Of a DNA stretch of 64,000 nucleotides, positions 10,362 to 19,634 are shown piece after piece (positions within the stretch are counted from its first letter, which is position 1; each line of letters begins with the position of its first letter). The position numbers and the translations under genes were made by a program. The notes under the pieces were generated by a model, which saw nothing but the letters and a program-made list of their open reading frames with translations, had not been told where the DNA came from and did no database searches. This DNA is from Candidatus Levyibacteriota bacterium. Its GTDB lineage: Bacteria > Patescibacteriota > Microgenomatia > Levybacterales > UBA12049. The DNA is taken from contig JACROF010000003.1 in NCBI GenBank assembly GCA_016214555.1, positions 930 through 64,929 on the forward strand. Reading direction: 5' to 3'.

Positions 10362-10403
10362 GGGAACTATTGTAGCACGATAGAAGTCGAGGTCAAGTTT
10401 GGT

Positions 10404-11516
10404 CTACTTCAAACCTCCAATAATCTTAACTTTATGGAGTAGTGACTCATCCTCAAGCACTTTTCCCGTTCCTCTTGCAACACTTGTTAAAGGATCATCT
10501 GAAAGAATAACGGGCATTTTTGTCCTCTCAACAATTAGCTGATCTATTCCAAGCAAATTTGACCCGCCTCCTGTAACCAAAATTCCTCTCTCCAATATAT
10601 CGCCCAAAAGCTCAGGTGGTGTCTCTTCAATTGCATCTGCTATTCCTTCGACAATCCTTGAAAGTACTGGAGAAAGCGCTTCTCGGATTTCTGAAGCAGT
10701 TACCTTGATACTTCGAGGAAGACCTGTCTCTATATCTCTCCCTCTGACGATCGCAAGTTTTTCTCCTCTTTCTTCAGTAACCTCATCATCCTCTTCTTTG
10801 ATAATTTTCGATGCATTTTTTTTCTTTGAACCTTTTTGATAAGCACTCCCAATTTTTATCTTCACATCCTCTGCTGTCTTTTCACCAAGGAGTAACCCAT
10901 GCCTAAGCCTAACATAATGCAAAATTGCCAAATCCATATCATCACCAGCAAGCTTAAGAGATCTGCTTACTACAATTCCCCCAAGCGAAATGACAGCAAT
11001 CTCAGTTGTACCCCCGCCAATATCGACAACCATAATGCCGGTTGGTGAAGAAATAGAGATATTTTCACCGATAACTGCTGCCATTGGCTCTTCGATAAGA
11101 AATGCTTCTCGTGCGCCAGCGCTTAATGCTGCCTCCCAGACAGCACGTCTTTGCACTTCAGTAACTGATGACGGAATCCCAATGACCACTCGAGGCCTTG
11201 CTAAAAAAGTCTGAATCGGTCCTCCCATCTGATGAACCTGCTTAATATAGTGCTCAATCATTGCCTCAGTTGCATCAAAATCAGCAATGATTCCACCCTT
11301 CAAAGGTCTTACAGTAACGATAGTCTTAGGTGTTTTTCCAACCATTCTTTTTGCTTCACTTCCTATAGCAATCAATTGCTTTGATTTTTTATGAATAGCA
11401 ACCACTGAAGGCTCACGAATAACAATTCCCTTTCCTTTTACAAAAATGAGGGTATTAGCGGTACCAAGATCAATCCCAATATCATGGCTAAAATATGAAA
11501 AAAGTCTCCCAAGCAT
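10404..11516 (-). CDS. mreB: Rod shape-determining protein MreB
   Basis: DIGIDLGTANT, EPSVVA, VDIGGGTTE, TGGGS. Confidence 0.97.
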   Translation of the reverse strand: MLGRLFSYFSHDIGIDLGTANTLIFVKGKGIVIREPSVVAIHKKSKQLIAIGSEAKRMVGKTPKTIVTVRPLKGGIIADFDATEAMIEHYIKQVHQMGGPIQTFLARPRVVIGIPSSVTEVQRRAVWEAALSAGAREAFLIEEPMAAVIGENISISSPTGIMVVDIGGGTTEIAVISLGGIVVSRSLKLAGDDMDLAILHYVRLRHGLLLGEKTAEDVKIKIGSAYQKGSKKKNASKIIKEEDDEVTEERGEKLAIVRGRDIETGLPRSIKVTASEIREALSPVLSRIVEGIADAIEETPPELLGDILERGILVTGGGSNLLGIDQLIVERTKMPVILSDDPLTSVARGTGKVLEDESLLHKVKIIGGLK

Positions 11517-11613
11517 TGCCTCTATTCTAGCAGGATCAAAAATCCTTTTCTATGGATCAAAAAACGATAATAACCCTTGAGGCATTTTTTTTTGTTTGTT
11601 ACAATCATCAGAT

Positions 11614-13845
11614 ATGAACGGTATGGTTGCCTTTTGTGATAGAGTTATTAGATATTCTTTTTACAGCCTCTTCTTCTTTGTCCCACTCTTTTTCACCAGT
11701 AATACCTCAGAGCTTTTTGAACTTAATAAAATGTGGCTTACTTGGGGACTCACTACCATTATAGCTGCATCATGGATAATCAAAATGATTGTTCAAAGAA
11801 AAATTTCCATCCAGAGAACTCCCCTCGACATCCCAATTCTTCTTTTCTTACTCTCACAAGCTATCTCAACTATTATCTCGCTTGATTCTCGCGTCTCATT
11901 TTGGGGATACTACTCAAGATTTAATGGCGGCCTCTTGTCTTTTATCAGCTATACCATTCTTTACTACGCTTTCGTCTCAAATGATATGGAAAAACATCTC
12001 AAAAAAGTCTTTTATGCAACACTCTCATCGCTACTTATTGTTGCATTATGGGGTCTTCCTTCACATTTTGGGTATGATCCGACGTGTCTTATATTTAGAG
12101 GGACTCTTGATACCTCATGTTGGACCGAGGGATTCAAGCCTACTGTTCGCATTTTCTCATCACTTGGACAGCCAGCTTGGATGACTGCATATCTTGCAGC
12201 ATTATTGCCAATAGTTGTTGGCATATGGGTTGGTATCTGTGAAAAAATAAACGGTCCTTTCTCTATCCAAAAACTTAAGAACTGGAAAGTACTATCTCTT
12301 CTTGTCTTCATCATTGTTTTGTATTTTGATCTTCTTTTTGCTAATACAAGAGGAGGTTTTCTTGCATTCTGGGCTGCAAATGGTATTTTTTGGTTAAGTC
12401 TTTTCTTCCTTAAAGTCTTTCCAGTCAAAAAACTTGTTACGTATCTTGTTGTTGTTAACTTTTTCTTTTTCTTTGCAAATTTTCTTATCGGAACCCCTGT
12501 TGGTCAACTCAACAAACTTACTATGAGAAGCTTTCAGTCTCCATCCAAACCAGCGACAACGCAATCACCCTCTACTCCCACACCAACACCAGTTGCACAA
12601 CCAGAAACGCCAATCCAAACAGGCATTACTGATTCTGCTGATATTCGTGTACTAGTCTGGAAAGGGGCTGTTGATATTTGGAAAAGCCAACCTCTTTTTG
12701 GCTCAGGAGCAGAAACATTTGCGTATGCATACTATCAACATCGTCCTGCTACACATAACATGACGTCAGAGTGGGACTATTTATACAACAAAGCCCACAA
12801 TGAATACCTCAACTACCTAGCAACAACAGGAGCTGTTGGGCTCTTGACTCACCTCTCAATACTTGGAGTATTTATCTATCTATGGATAAGATATCTCCTA
12901 AGCATGAGAGGCATTAAAGAAAAACACAACAATCTTTCAGACCTTCTTCTCGCATGTGCGCTACCTGCTGGATTTGTAAGTATTATTATCTCTAATTTCT
13001 TTGGATTTTCTGTTGTTATCATGAATATTTTTCTTTACTTTTTTCCACTATGGTTTTTTATGCTCACAAACAAAATCCGCTACGACAAAACTCTCTCCCT
13101 ATCATTTCAAGCTGTTGGAAAATATGTTTCGATAAATCCCTATCAGTGGACAGGAATTATAGGAATTTTCTTTATTGCAATCTGTCTTTTGTACCAACTT
13201 GTTATGTTTTGGCAGGCAGATGTAGCCTATGCACTAGGATACAATTATGACCGAGCACAAAGCTATCAAAATGCTTACACATATCTTGCTAAGGCAGTTC
13301 AGATGAGATCTGCAGAGCCAGTTTTTAAAGACGAATTTGCTCTTAATTTAGCAACGCTCGCAACAGCTTTTGTGCAAAACAATGATGCATCAACAGGTGC
13401 TCAGCTAGCTGAACAAGCAATAACACTCACCAAAGATGTAACTGAAAAACATCCTAATAACGTGGTTTTCTGGAAAACTAGAGTTCGGGTTTATTACCTT
13501 CTTGCTCAAGTTGATAACAAATACTATCAGGATGCTCTCAACTCAATACTTAGTGCTCAAAAATTAGCCCCAACAGATGCAAAAATCTCCTACAATGTTG
13601 GAGTTTTGTATGGCCAAAATGGCATATTTGACAAAGGCATTACAGAATTGACCCATACCATAACGCTTAAGCCAAATTATCGTGATGCGTATTTCGCAAG
13701 AGCTCTTTTTTATAAAGAACTAGCAGCAAGATCTGGAGGCGTTGACAAAACAAATTTTGAACAAAAAGCAAAAGACGATCTCAACTATATTATAAAAAAT
13801 ATTAACCCCAATGACGCTGATACGCTAAAGGCTTTATCAGGTTGA
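11614..13845 (+). CDS. O-antigen ligase (Wzy_C) family membrane protein with C-terminal TPRs
   Basis: Multiple TMs, TRGG, PLFGSG.ETF, KAHNEYL motifs, TPR-like helices; start uncertain. Confidence 0.85.
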   Translation: MNGMVAFCDRVIRYSFYSLFFFVPLFFTSNTSELFELNKMWLTWGLTTIIAASWIIKMIVQRKISIQRTPLDIPILLFLLSQAISTIISLDSRVSFWGYYSRFNGGLLSFISYTILYYAFVSNDMEKHLKKVFYATLSSLLIVALWGLPSHFGYDPTCLIFRGTLDTSCWTEGFKPTVRIFSSLGQPAWMTAYLAALLPIVVGIWVGICEKINGPFSIQKLKNWKVLSLLVFIIVLYFDLLFANTRGGFLAFWAANGIFWLSLFFLKVFPVKKLVTYLVVVNFFFFFANFLIGTPVGQLNKLTMRSFQSPSKPATTQSPSTPTPTPVAQPETPIQTGITDSADIRVLVWKGAVDIWKSQPLFGSGAETFAYAYYQHRPATHNMTSEWDYLYNKAHNEYLNYLATTGAVGLLTHLSILGVFIYLWIRYLLSMRGIKEKHNNLSDLLLACALPAGFVSIIISNFFGFSVVIMNIFLYFFPLWFFMLTNKIRYDKTLSLSFQAVGKYVSINPYQWTGIIGIFFIAICLLYQLVMFWQADVAYALGYNYDRAQSYQNAYTYLAKAVQMRSAEPVFKDEFALNLATLATAFVQNNDASTGAQLAEQAITLTKDVTEKHPNNVVFWKTRVRVYYLLAQVDNKYYQDALNSILSAQKLAPTDAKISYNVGVLYGQNGIFDKGITELTHTITLKPNYRDAYFARALFYKELAARSGGVDKTNFEQKAKDDLNYIIKNINPNDADTLKALSG

Positions 13846-13900
13846 ATCATAAGAGATTGTCAGTTTCACTTTTTTTCAGTATAATGCCAAACTTAATACT

Positions 13901-14476
13901 ATGTTGACAATCGTCCAAGCACCAAATCCTGTTCTTTCTTCCATTGCAAAAAAGGTTACAAGAGTAGATAAAAATATCTCCTCTTTGATAATTGAGATGG
14001 AAAAAGCACTCAGCAGCGCCAAAGATCCTGAAGGTGTTGGACTCGCTGCTCCTCAAATTGGAAAGTCTCTTCAAATCTTTATTATCAAAGAGTCAAAAAA
14101 TGATCCTCTTCTCACATGTATTAATCCCGTTCTCAGCATCCCCAAAGAACAGAAATTAAGTGATGATGTTGAGAAAAAAGTAAAAACAAAAAAAACTAAA
14201 GAAAACAAAGAAGTAAAATTGGAAGGCTGTCTCTCTCTTCAAGATGTATGGGGAATTGTTAAAAGATATCCTGAAGTTGATCTAACCTACATGGATGAAA
14301 ATGGAGTTGAACAAACCAAACATTTTGATGGATTTTTAGCTACAATTATTCAACACGAATATGACCATCTCCAGGGAATTCTTTTCCCAAGACGCGTTCT
14401 TGAGCAAAAAGGACAATTATATAAATCAGTGAAGAATAAAAAGGGAGAGACGGAATTTGAAGAATTAGTCGTCTAG
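13901..14476 (+). CDS. def: Peptide deformylase
   Basis: GVGLAAPQIG, EGCLS, QHEYDHL. Confidence 0.97.
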   Translation: MLTIVQAPNPVLSSIAKKVTRVDKNISSLIIEMEKALSSAKDPEGVGLAAPQIGKSLQIFIIKESKNDPLLTCINPVLSIPKEQKLSDDVEKKVKTKKTKENKEVKLEGCLSLQDVWGIVKRYPEVDLTYMDENGVEQTKHFDGFLATIIQHEYDHLQGILFPRRVLEQKGQLYKSVKNKKGETEFEELVV

Positions 14477-14641
14477 AGGATTTACCTGTGGCTCATTCTG
14501 TCCACTCTGAAATTCACCCATGGGAATAGCATCAATCTCTCTACGCGCACGCTCAATCATCTCATGTAATATTACATTCTGATCCGATGTAGATGGTTTT
14601 TCTTCAATTGGTTGTCCTGGTACTGATCTTCTTTGTTCCAT
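14465..14641 (-). CDS. Small hypothetical protein (58 aa)
   Basis: ATG (MEQRRS) immediately after the stop of the upstream ORF; overlaps the def 3' end by 12 nt. Confidence 0.35.
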   Translation of the reverse strand: MEQRRSVPGQPIEEKPSTSDQNVILHEMIERARREIDAIPMGEFQSGQNEPQVNPLDD

Positions 14642-14642
14642 A

Positions 14643-15656
14643 TTAGAAAGCTTGTAAACGAATGATACCCTGAAGTAAGGTATTTGGCAAGCTTTTATCA
14701 GTAAAAGTAGCAAATCGTTGAAGCTCAGCTTTTGGTGACGTTCCTTCTGGTGGTTCTCTAAAAGCACGAAGATAGCCAGGGGCAGTAGGAATCATTACCA
14801 ATCCCCTCCTCCAATCTCTTTCAGGGGAACAATAATCTATTACACCCCTCAGGCTATTAGGCAAGTTGCCCCACTGAACTTGTTTAGGTCTTCTGTCACG
14901 ATTAGCATGGACTGAAACATGCCTTCTGAGTTCTTTTCTATCATCGTCCTCAAATCCACCTTCATCTGCAAGTCTGCCTTTAACATCAAGGAGATACACT
15001 TGACCGTGCTTTGCTGCAACAAGATCCACACCCGATCGTACATCCCAATCAAGAACTTCCTGGGTCATACCAAAATCATTTGGCTCTTCGGCATAGTTAG
15101 GCAAAATAACGGTATAGCCATTCTCAGTTAATACTTTAGCAACTGCTAACTCACTTTTCACTCCTGACCAAAAATTATGAAGACTCGATGAATATGCAAC
15201 CTGACTTCTCTCAAATAAATCATGATGCATTTTTAATATTTTATACATATTGTCAGAAAATGCAGGATCTGCACCCTCAGTTGCTCCATAAAAAAGATTG
15301 TGTGCTAAATTGTGCTGAATTCTAGCACTTGCCTCTTTTCCTAACTCGCCAGGCTTTACTCGATCAGAAAAAGTATCGAAATCAAGTCGAAATGGCCCAC
15401 CTAATAAATCTCCGTATCGATCACATACATGCTCCGGAACTTTTCCTACTAGCAATCTTTTCATGTCCGAAACGAGACCATCATATACAGCATTAACTTT
15501 TCCCCAATAAAAATCAGGCTTTCTATACTCCATATCAATCATCTCTCGAACTGAAGGATCTGGGGAAGGAAGTGTACGAACAGGAATTCTTGATACAAGT
15601 TTATTTCCCGGAGGGGATCTGTGAATATGTGCATCAACTGGGATAAGATCTGACAT
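14643..15656 (-). CDS. Hypothetical protein with PD-(D/E)XK nuclease-like C-terminal region
   Basis: GVKSELAVAKVLTENGYTV...GVDLVAAK..VYLLDVK pattern. Confidence 0.55.
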   Translation of the reverse strand: MSDLIPVDAHIHRSPPGNKLVSRIPVRTLPSPDPSVREMIDMEYRKPDFYWGKVNAVYDGLVSDMKRLLVGKVPEHVCDRYGDLLGGPFRLDFDTFSDRVKPGELGKEASARIQHNLAHNLFYGATEGADPAFSDNMYKILKMHHDLFERSQVAYSSSLHNFWSGVKSELAVAKVLTENGYTVILPNYAEEPNDFGMTQEVLDWDVRSGVDLVAAKHGQVYLLDVKGRLADEGGFEDDDRKELRRHVSVHANRDRRPKQVQWGNLPNSLRGVIDYCSPERDWRRGLVMIPTAPGYLRAFREPPEGTSPKAELQRFATFTDKSLPNTLLQGIIRLQAF

Positions 15657-15701
15657 ATATCTACTATACATAAATGCCTACTGTGATACAATTTGTCCAT
15701 A

Positions 15702-16586
15702 ATGAACCTAAAAATTGTCTTTTTTGGTACTCCTACTTTTGTTATTCCTATTTTGGAAAACCTCAGCAAACATGTTGAAATCGTAGGAGTTATCACAACC
15801 CCTGATTCACCACAAGGAAGACATCACGTCCTCACGCCAACGCCTGTTAAACAATTTGCCACTACAACCTTTCCCCCTATTCCAATCCTTACTCCGGAAA
15901 AACTTGATAACGAAACAAAACAGATCCTTGAAGATATCAAACCCGATATCTTTGTGGTTGCAGCATACGGAAAAATTATCCCTCAAAGTATTCTTGATAT
16001 TCCAAAATATGGAAGTATCAATATCCATCCATCGCTCCTCCCAAAATATCGAGGCAGCTCACCTATTCAGACAATGTTACTTCATGGAGACAAAGAAAGT
16101 GGCGTCACCATCATGCTTATGGATGAAAAAATGGATCACGGCCCAATACTTAAGCAATGGACAGTGCCAGTTTCAAACGATCAGACATTTGAAAGTCTTC
16201 ACCAGAGTATGTTTAAGGATGCTGCTGACCAACTTCCTCAAGTCATACATGATTTTGTAGAAAAAAAACTTACTCCTATTCCTCAAAACGATAACGATGC
16301 AACTTACTGTGAGAAAACGACGAAAGAAAGTGGATATTTTGATAGTGCCAATCCTCCAATGCCGGATGTCTTAGATCGCATGATCAGAGCATTTTACCCT
16401 TGGCCCAGCGTATGGACGAGACTCACAATGCCAAACGGAAGTAAGCAAATTATTAAATTTTATCCTGAAAAACGAATACAAGTTGAGGGGAAAAAGATAG
16501 TGACAATCGAGGAATTTCTTAACGGATACCCAAAGCTTAGGCAGCAACTGGAGCAACTTCTCCCTGAGGGTCTACTTTCTCATTAG
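15702..16586 (+). CDS. fmt: Methionyl-tRNA formyltransferase
   Basis: VFFGTP, VVAAYGKI, NIHPSLLPKYRG, MDHGPI. Confidence 0.96.
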   Translation: MNLKIVFFGTPTFVIPILENLSKHVEIVGVITTPDSPQGRHHVLTPTPVKQFATTTFPPIPILTPEKLDNETKQILEDIKPDIFVVAAYGKIIPQSILDIPKYGSINIHPSLLPKYRGSSPIQTMLLHGDKESGVTIMLMDEKMDHGPILKQWTVPVSNDQTFESLHQSMFKDAADQLPQVIHDFVEKKLTPIPQNDNDATYCEKTTKESGYFDSANPPMPDVLDRMIRAFYPWPSVWTRLTMPNGSKQIIKFYPEKRIQVEGKKIVTIEEFLNGYPKLRQQLEQLLPEGLLSH

Positions 16587-16776
16587 CTGCGGCCACAACT
16601 TTTTTGTACATACGAAGACACTTTGTGCAAAGTTTTACTCTTTGAGTAGCTCCATCAACTACAATTTTTGCACTATGAAGATTTGGCCTGAAAACACGAG
16701 GTGTTCGACGCTTTGAATGAGAAACATTGTGTCCATACTGGACTCCCTTGTGACAAATTGTACACTGCATTGCCAT
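16537..16776 (-). CDS. rpmB: 50S ribosomal protein L28
   Basis: CxxC..GHNVSHSKRRTPRVFRPNL...CTKCLR. Confidence 0.95.
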   Translation of the reverse strand: MAMQCTICHKGVQYGHNVSHSKRRTPRVFRPNLHSAKIVVDGATQRVKLCTKCLRMYKKVVAAANEKVDPQGEVAPVAA

Positions 16777-16955
16777 ATTTATCTCCATGACCATAAAACT
16801 TCTGGTCTTGAATTGCTAGTATACTAAAAATCAGCTACAATTACAATAACAATATCTAAAATCTGAGAACTCAAATCACAAATCTAAAACAAAAAATCCT
16901 AAAGTCAAACTCGGTGGTTTTGAGATTTCCCATTTAAGATGTAACATTTTTTATT

Positions 16956-17603
16956 ATGGATTCACTTTTTTCTCCCATTGGCATAGCTACTATTGGCATA
17001 CTTGTTTATTCAGCAATTCTTCATGAAATTGCTCACGGGTATGTAGCGGGTAAATTAGGTGACCCCACAGCAAGACTACTTGGGAGGCTGACTCTTGATC
17101 CACGTCCCCATATAGACCCTTTTTTAAGTCTTATTCTTCCCCTTTTGCTTTTTCTCTCAAATACTGGAATAATTTTTGGAGGAGCAAAGCCAGTCCCTGT
17201 TGATTCATTTAATCTCAAAGATGGGAGAAAAGATATCGCTCTCGTATCTCTGGCTGGCCCTGCAACCAATATTGCTCTCGTCATTGTTGCAACAATACTT
17301 TTTAAACTTCTTAATGGAAATTATCAAGGAAACCTAGGAATCCTTGTCATTTTCCTGGGTCTTATTATTAAAGTCAATCTTTCACTCGCCATTTTTAACC
17401 TCCTGCCAATTCCTCCTCTTGATGGATCAAAAATTTTTGCACTTATCCTTCCTGAAAAAATAGCTGATTCTTACCTATCACTTAGCTCAATTGGAACGTT
17501 GCTTCTTCTTGTCTTCCTCATGTTCCCAATTGGTGGATTTTCTCTTATGTCACTAGTGAGCGTTGTCTATACTTTTTGCCTTCATATGCTCGGCCTTGTA
17601 TAA
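16956..17603 (+). CDS. Site-2 protease family (M50) protein
   Basis: LHEIAHG, AGPATN, FNLLPIPPLDGS. Confidence 0.93.
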   Translation: MDSLFSPIGIATIGILVYSAILHEIAHGYVAGKLGDPTARLLGRLTLDPRPHIDPFLSLILPLLLFLSNTGIIFGGAKPVPVDSFNLKDGRKDIALVSLAGPATNIALVIVATILFKLLNGNYQGNLGILVIFLGLIIKVNLSLAIFNLLPIPPLDGSKIFALILPEKIADSYLSLSSIGTLLLLVFLMFPIGGFSLMSLVSVVYTFCLHMLGLV

Positions 17604-17702
17604 AGTTTTACTCTAGATAAAAACAATCAAAAATACTTTAGACAGAGCTTGGACTGATCTAGTAATAAATACCGCGATTTTCACGAGTAACGACTATACA
17701 CC

Positions 17703-17731
17703 TTGACACCACTATGGGAGAAACCTATACT
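17703..17731 (+). promoter_or_regulatory. Near-consensus sigma70 promoter for the putative 6S RNA
   Basis: TTGACA-17 nt-TATACT. Confidence 0.8.
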
Positions 17732-17737
17732 GATCCA

Positions 17738-17912
17738 GCTCTTTGATACTTGAGTTGGTTGCATTTAATTTTTTCTACAAACCATTTAATTGAGGTAGTC
17801 CGATGGACATCGGACAACAAGGCGGTTTTCTTTATTCTCAAAAGATAAAGATAGCCTCCCTAATTTACACTTCGAGAAAAATGAGCAACCGTTAGCTCGG
17901 TATTCAAGGAGC
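17738..17912 (+). ncRNA. ssrS: Putative 6S RNA
   Basis: 175 nt directly after a strong promoter; closing stem GCTCTTTGA/TCAAGGAGC and GGTTGC/GCAACC, central ~15/16-nt bubble, branched apical hairpins; no ORF. Confidence 0.6.
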
Positions 17913-18041
17913 AGAATTTATCTCCCATATTTTACAAACATACCTTCATTGATCTTATAGGTTGCTTTTGTTATACTCTTCTTCGATTGACCCAAAGTCA
18001 GTCGTGTACCTTAACGTTTCATCGCTCGGGAGGAGAATATC

Positions 18042-18473
18042 ATGAAAGCAGCACTTGAAAAGTTTCAGAAGAACGGATCGAGTCTTCTTTTTGTAGAATT
18101 GCTCTATATCTTTGATTTCTTTCCCTTCGATCCCGAGAGACCATACAGGGCGATTTTTTATGATCAAAGCAGCAACAGTCTTGAGCGAATCACTGGAATT
18201 TCCCGTGAAGAACTTTCAGAGATCATCGTCAACGATGGCTTTTATGAATCACCCAATTCCCATTCACCCAATTTATGGATCAATCTCCGCGCTCCATTTA
18301 TCGTAGGAAGCGAGATGCGTGATCCCATAACTGAGAAGGTAGTAATCTCTTTCTTTCAGGGATTTGGCCACCGAAATGGACTTGTAATTGAACCAAGCGG
18401 CATCCCTGATCCACGTGAGTTTCACGCAAAAATTAGTCAGGCCAGGGATAAGTGGCAAGGAATTATTACGTGA
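18042..18473 (+). CDS. Hypothetical protein
   Basis: GGAGGAG SD, own promoter and terminator. Confidence 0.7.
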   Translation: MKAALEKFQKNGSSLLFVELLYIFDFFPFDPERPYRAIFYDQSSNSLERITGISREELSEIIVNDGFYESPNSHSPNLWINLRAPFIVGSEMRDPITEKVVISFFQGFGHRNGLVIEPSGIPDPREFHAKISQARDKWQGIIT

Positions 18474-18492
18474 GTGATATGAACATTTTTTC

Positions 18493-18522
18493 GGGGGAGA
18501 AATCATTCTCCCCCATTTTTTT
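18493..18522 (+). terminator. Intrinsic terminator
   Basis: GGGGGAGAA-ATCA-TTCTCCCCC followed by T tract. Confidence 0.8.
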
Positions 18523-18580
18523 ACTCGTTAGCCCTTGCTCGTAGGATCGCTTCTCTGCTAAAATGAAGCTCTAAACTTTA

Positions 18581-18759
18581 GCCGACTTAGCTCAGTGGTA
18601 GAGCAGTTGTTTTGCCTGCCCGCCAGATGCCGAGATAGCTCAGTGGTAGAGCAGTTGTTTTGTAAACATCAGGTCCGGGGTTCAAATCCCCGTCTCGGCT
18701 CCAGACATGGCAGGCGGGTAAACATCAGGTCGTCGGTTCAAATCCGACAGTCGGCTCCA
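18581..18759 (+). tRNA. tRNA-Thr (UGU) interrupted in the anticodon by a 104-nt insertion; halves 18581-18614 and 18719-18759
   Basis: Joined halves give a 75-nt cloverleaf GCCGACT...GTTGT TT TGT AA ACATC...AGTCGGC T CCA. Confidence 0.85.
18629..18703 (+). tRNA. tRNA-Thr (UGU), intact, nested inside the insertion
   Basis: GCCGAGA TA GCTC AGTGGTA GAGC A GTTGT TT TGT AA ACATC AGGTC CGGGG TTCAAAT CCCCG TCTCGGC T CCA. Confidence 0.95.
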
Positions 18760-18760
18760 G

Positions 18761-18847
18761 GCTGGGGTGGCAGAGTAGCAATTGCACGTGGCTGTAGACC
18801 ACGCGGTCGAAAGGCCTCCGGGGGTGCAAGTCCCTCCTCCAGCACCA
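18761..18847 (+). tRNA. tRNA-Tyr (GUA)
   Basis: GCTGGGG/CTCCAGC acceptor, CGTGG CT GTA GA CCACG anticodon arm, long variable arm, CCA. Confidence 0.93.
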
Positions 18848-19035
18848 CGTCAGATTTTTGATATCTGCTTTCGTTCCGATTTAGTCGGGACTTCAGCTTT
18901 CTATCAAATCTTCCTTGTCAAATTTCAAACAAATTTGATGTGCTCAAAATCCAAAGGATTTTGAAGAGGAGAAACCGACGATAGGTTGAAATCCGAAAAA
19001 AGTTCGGATGAAAACAAGAAGTCGAGCTTCGACGA

Positions 19036-19107
19036 GCCCAAATGGCTCAGTGGTAGAGCGAGTTCTTGGTAAGAACTAGGTCGCGGGTCCGATTCCCGCT
19101 TTGGGCT
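19036..19107 (+). tRNA. tRNA-Thr (GGU)
   Basis: GCCCAAA/TTTGGGC acceptor, AGTTC TT GGT AA GAACT; T-loop TCCGATT; CCA not encoded. Confidence 0.93.
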
Positions 19108-19163
19108 CAGAGATCTTTTATTTCTGCTTCAAATCGTGTATACTATCGCTCTAGGAGTTTTTT

Positions 19164-19340
19164 ATGCCAAAAAAAGGAGAACATCGCATCATTATTGGAC
19201 TCGTTTGTTCGGTTTGCAAAAACCGCAATTACGTCTCGCAAAAAAACAAGCTTGAGACTCCAGACAAGCTAAAACTTAACAAATTCTGCAAACACTGTCA
19301 AAAGGTAACAGAGCACAAAGAAAACGAGAAACTCAAATAA
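19164..19340 (+). CDS. rpmG: 50S ribosomal protein L33 (Zn-ribbon form), absent from the ORF track
   Basis: [53 protein letters not shown]; canonical position before trnW. Confidence 0.95.
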   Translation: MPKKGEHRIIIGLVCSVCKNRNYVSQKNKLETPDKLKLNKFCKHCQKVTEHKENEKLK

Positions 19341-19457
19341 GTATTTAGTATCTTGTATAAAGAATCAAGCATACTATACTCTTATATTTCCACCTCAAAT
19401 CTCATCATTCATTCCTTTATACTTAATACTAAATACTGTATACTTTATACCTGAATT

Positions 19458-19529
19458 AGGGGTGTAGTGAAATGGCTATCACAGCAGTCTCCAAAACTGC
19501 TTTTCACAGTTCGAATCTGTGCGCCCCTG
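19458..19529 (+). tRNA. tRNA-Trp (CCA)
   Basis: AGGGGTG/CGCCCCT acceptor, GCAGT CT CCA AA ACTGC, TTCGAAT T-loop. Confidence 0.93.
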
Positions 19530-19634
19530 CTACATTCAGTTCACTTCTCCACAATTATATAAACAAATTGTGGTTCGTTCATGAACGTGGCTAGCCACGT
19601 GAATAGAAGTAGAAGATGGATGTGGCCTGCCATC

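Noticed and set aside
16537-16586. 50-nt convergent overlap of fmt and rpmB
   Set aside because: Present in the sequence, but tail-to-tail overlaps are common in compact genomes and both tails are non-conserved extensions
17738-17749. boxA-like GCTCTTTGATAC after the 17703 promoter
   Set aside because: Better explained as the 5' strand of the 6S-like closing stem; not counted among the cassette motifs
18615-18718. Group I or group II intron in tRNA-Thr
   Set aside because: Only 104 nt, of which 75 are a tRNA; no room for a ribozyme core
18595-19272. ORF-track proteins of 88, 60 and 68 aa across the tRNA cluster
   Set aside because: They overlap tRNA genes or are out of frame with rpmG (19164-19340)
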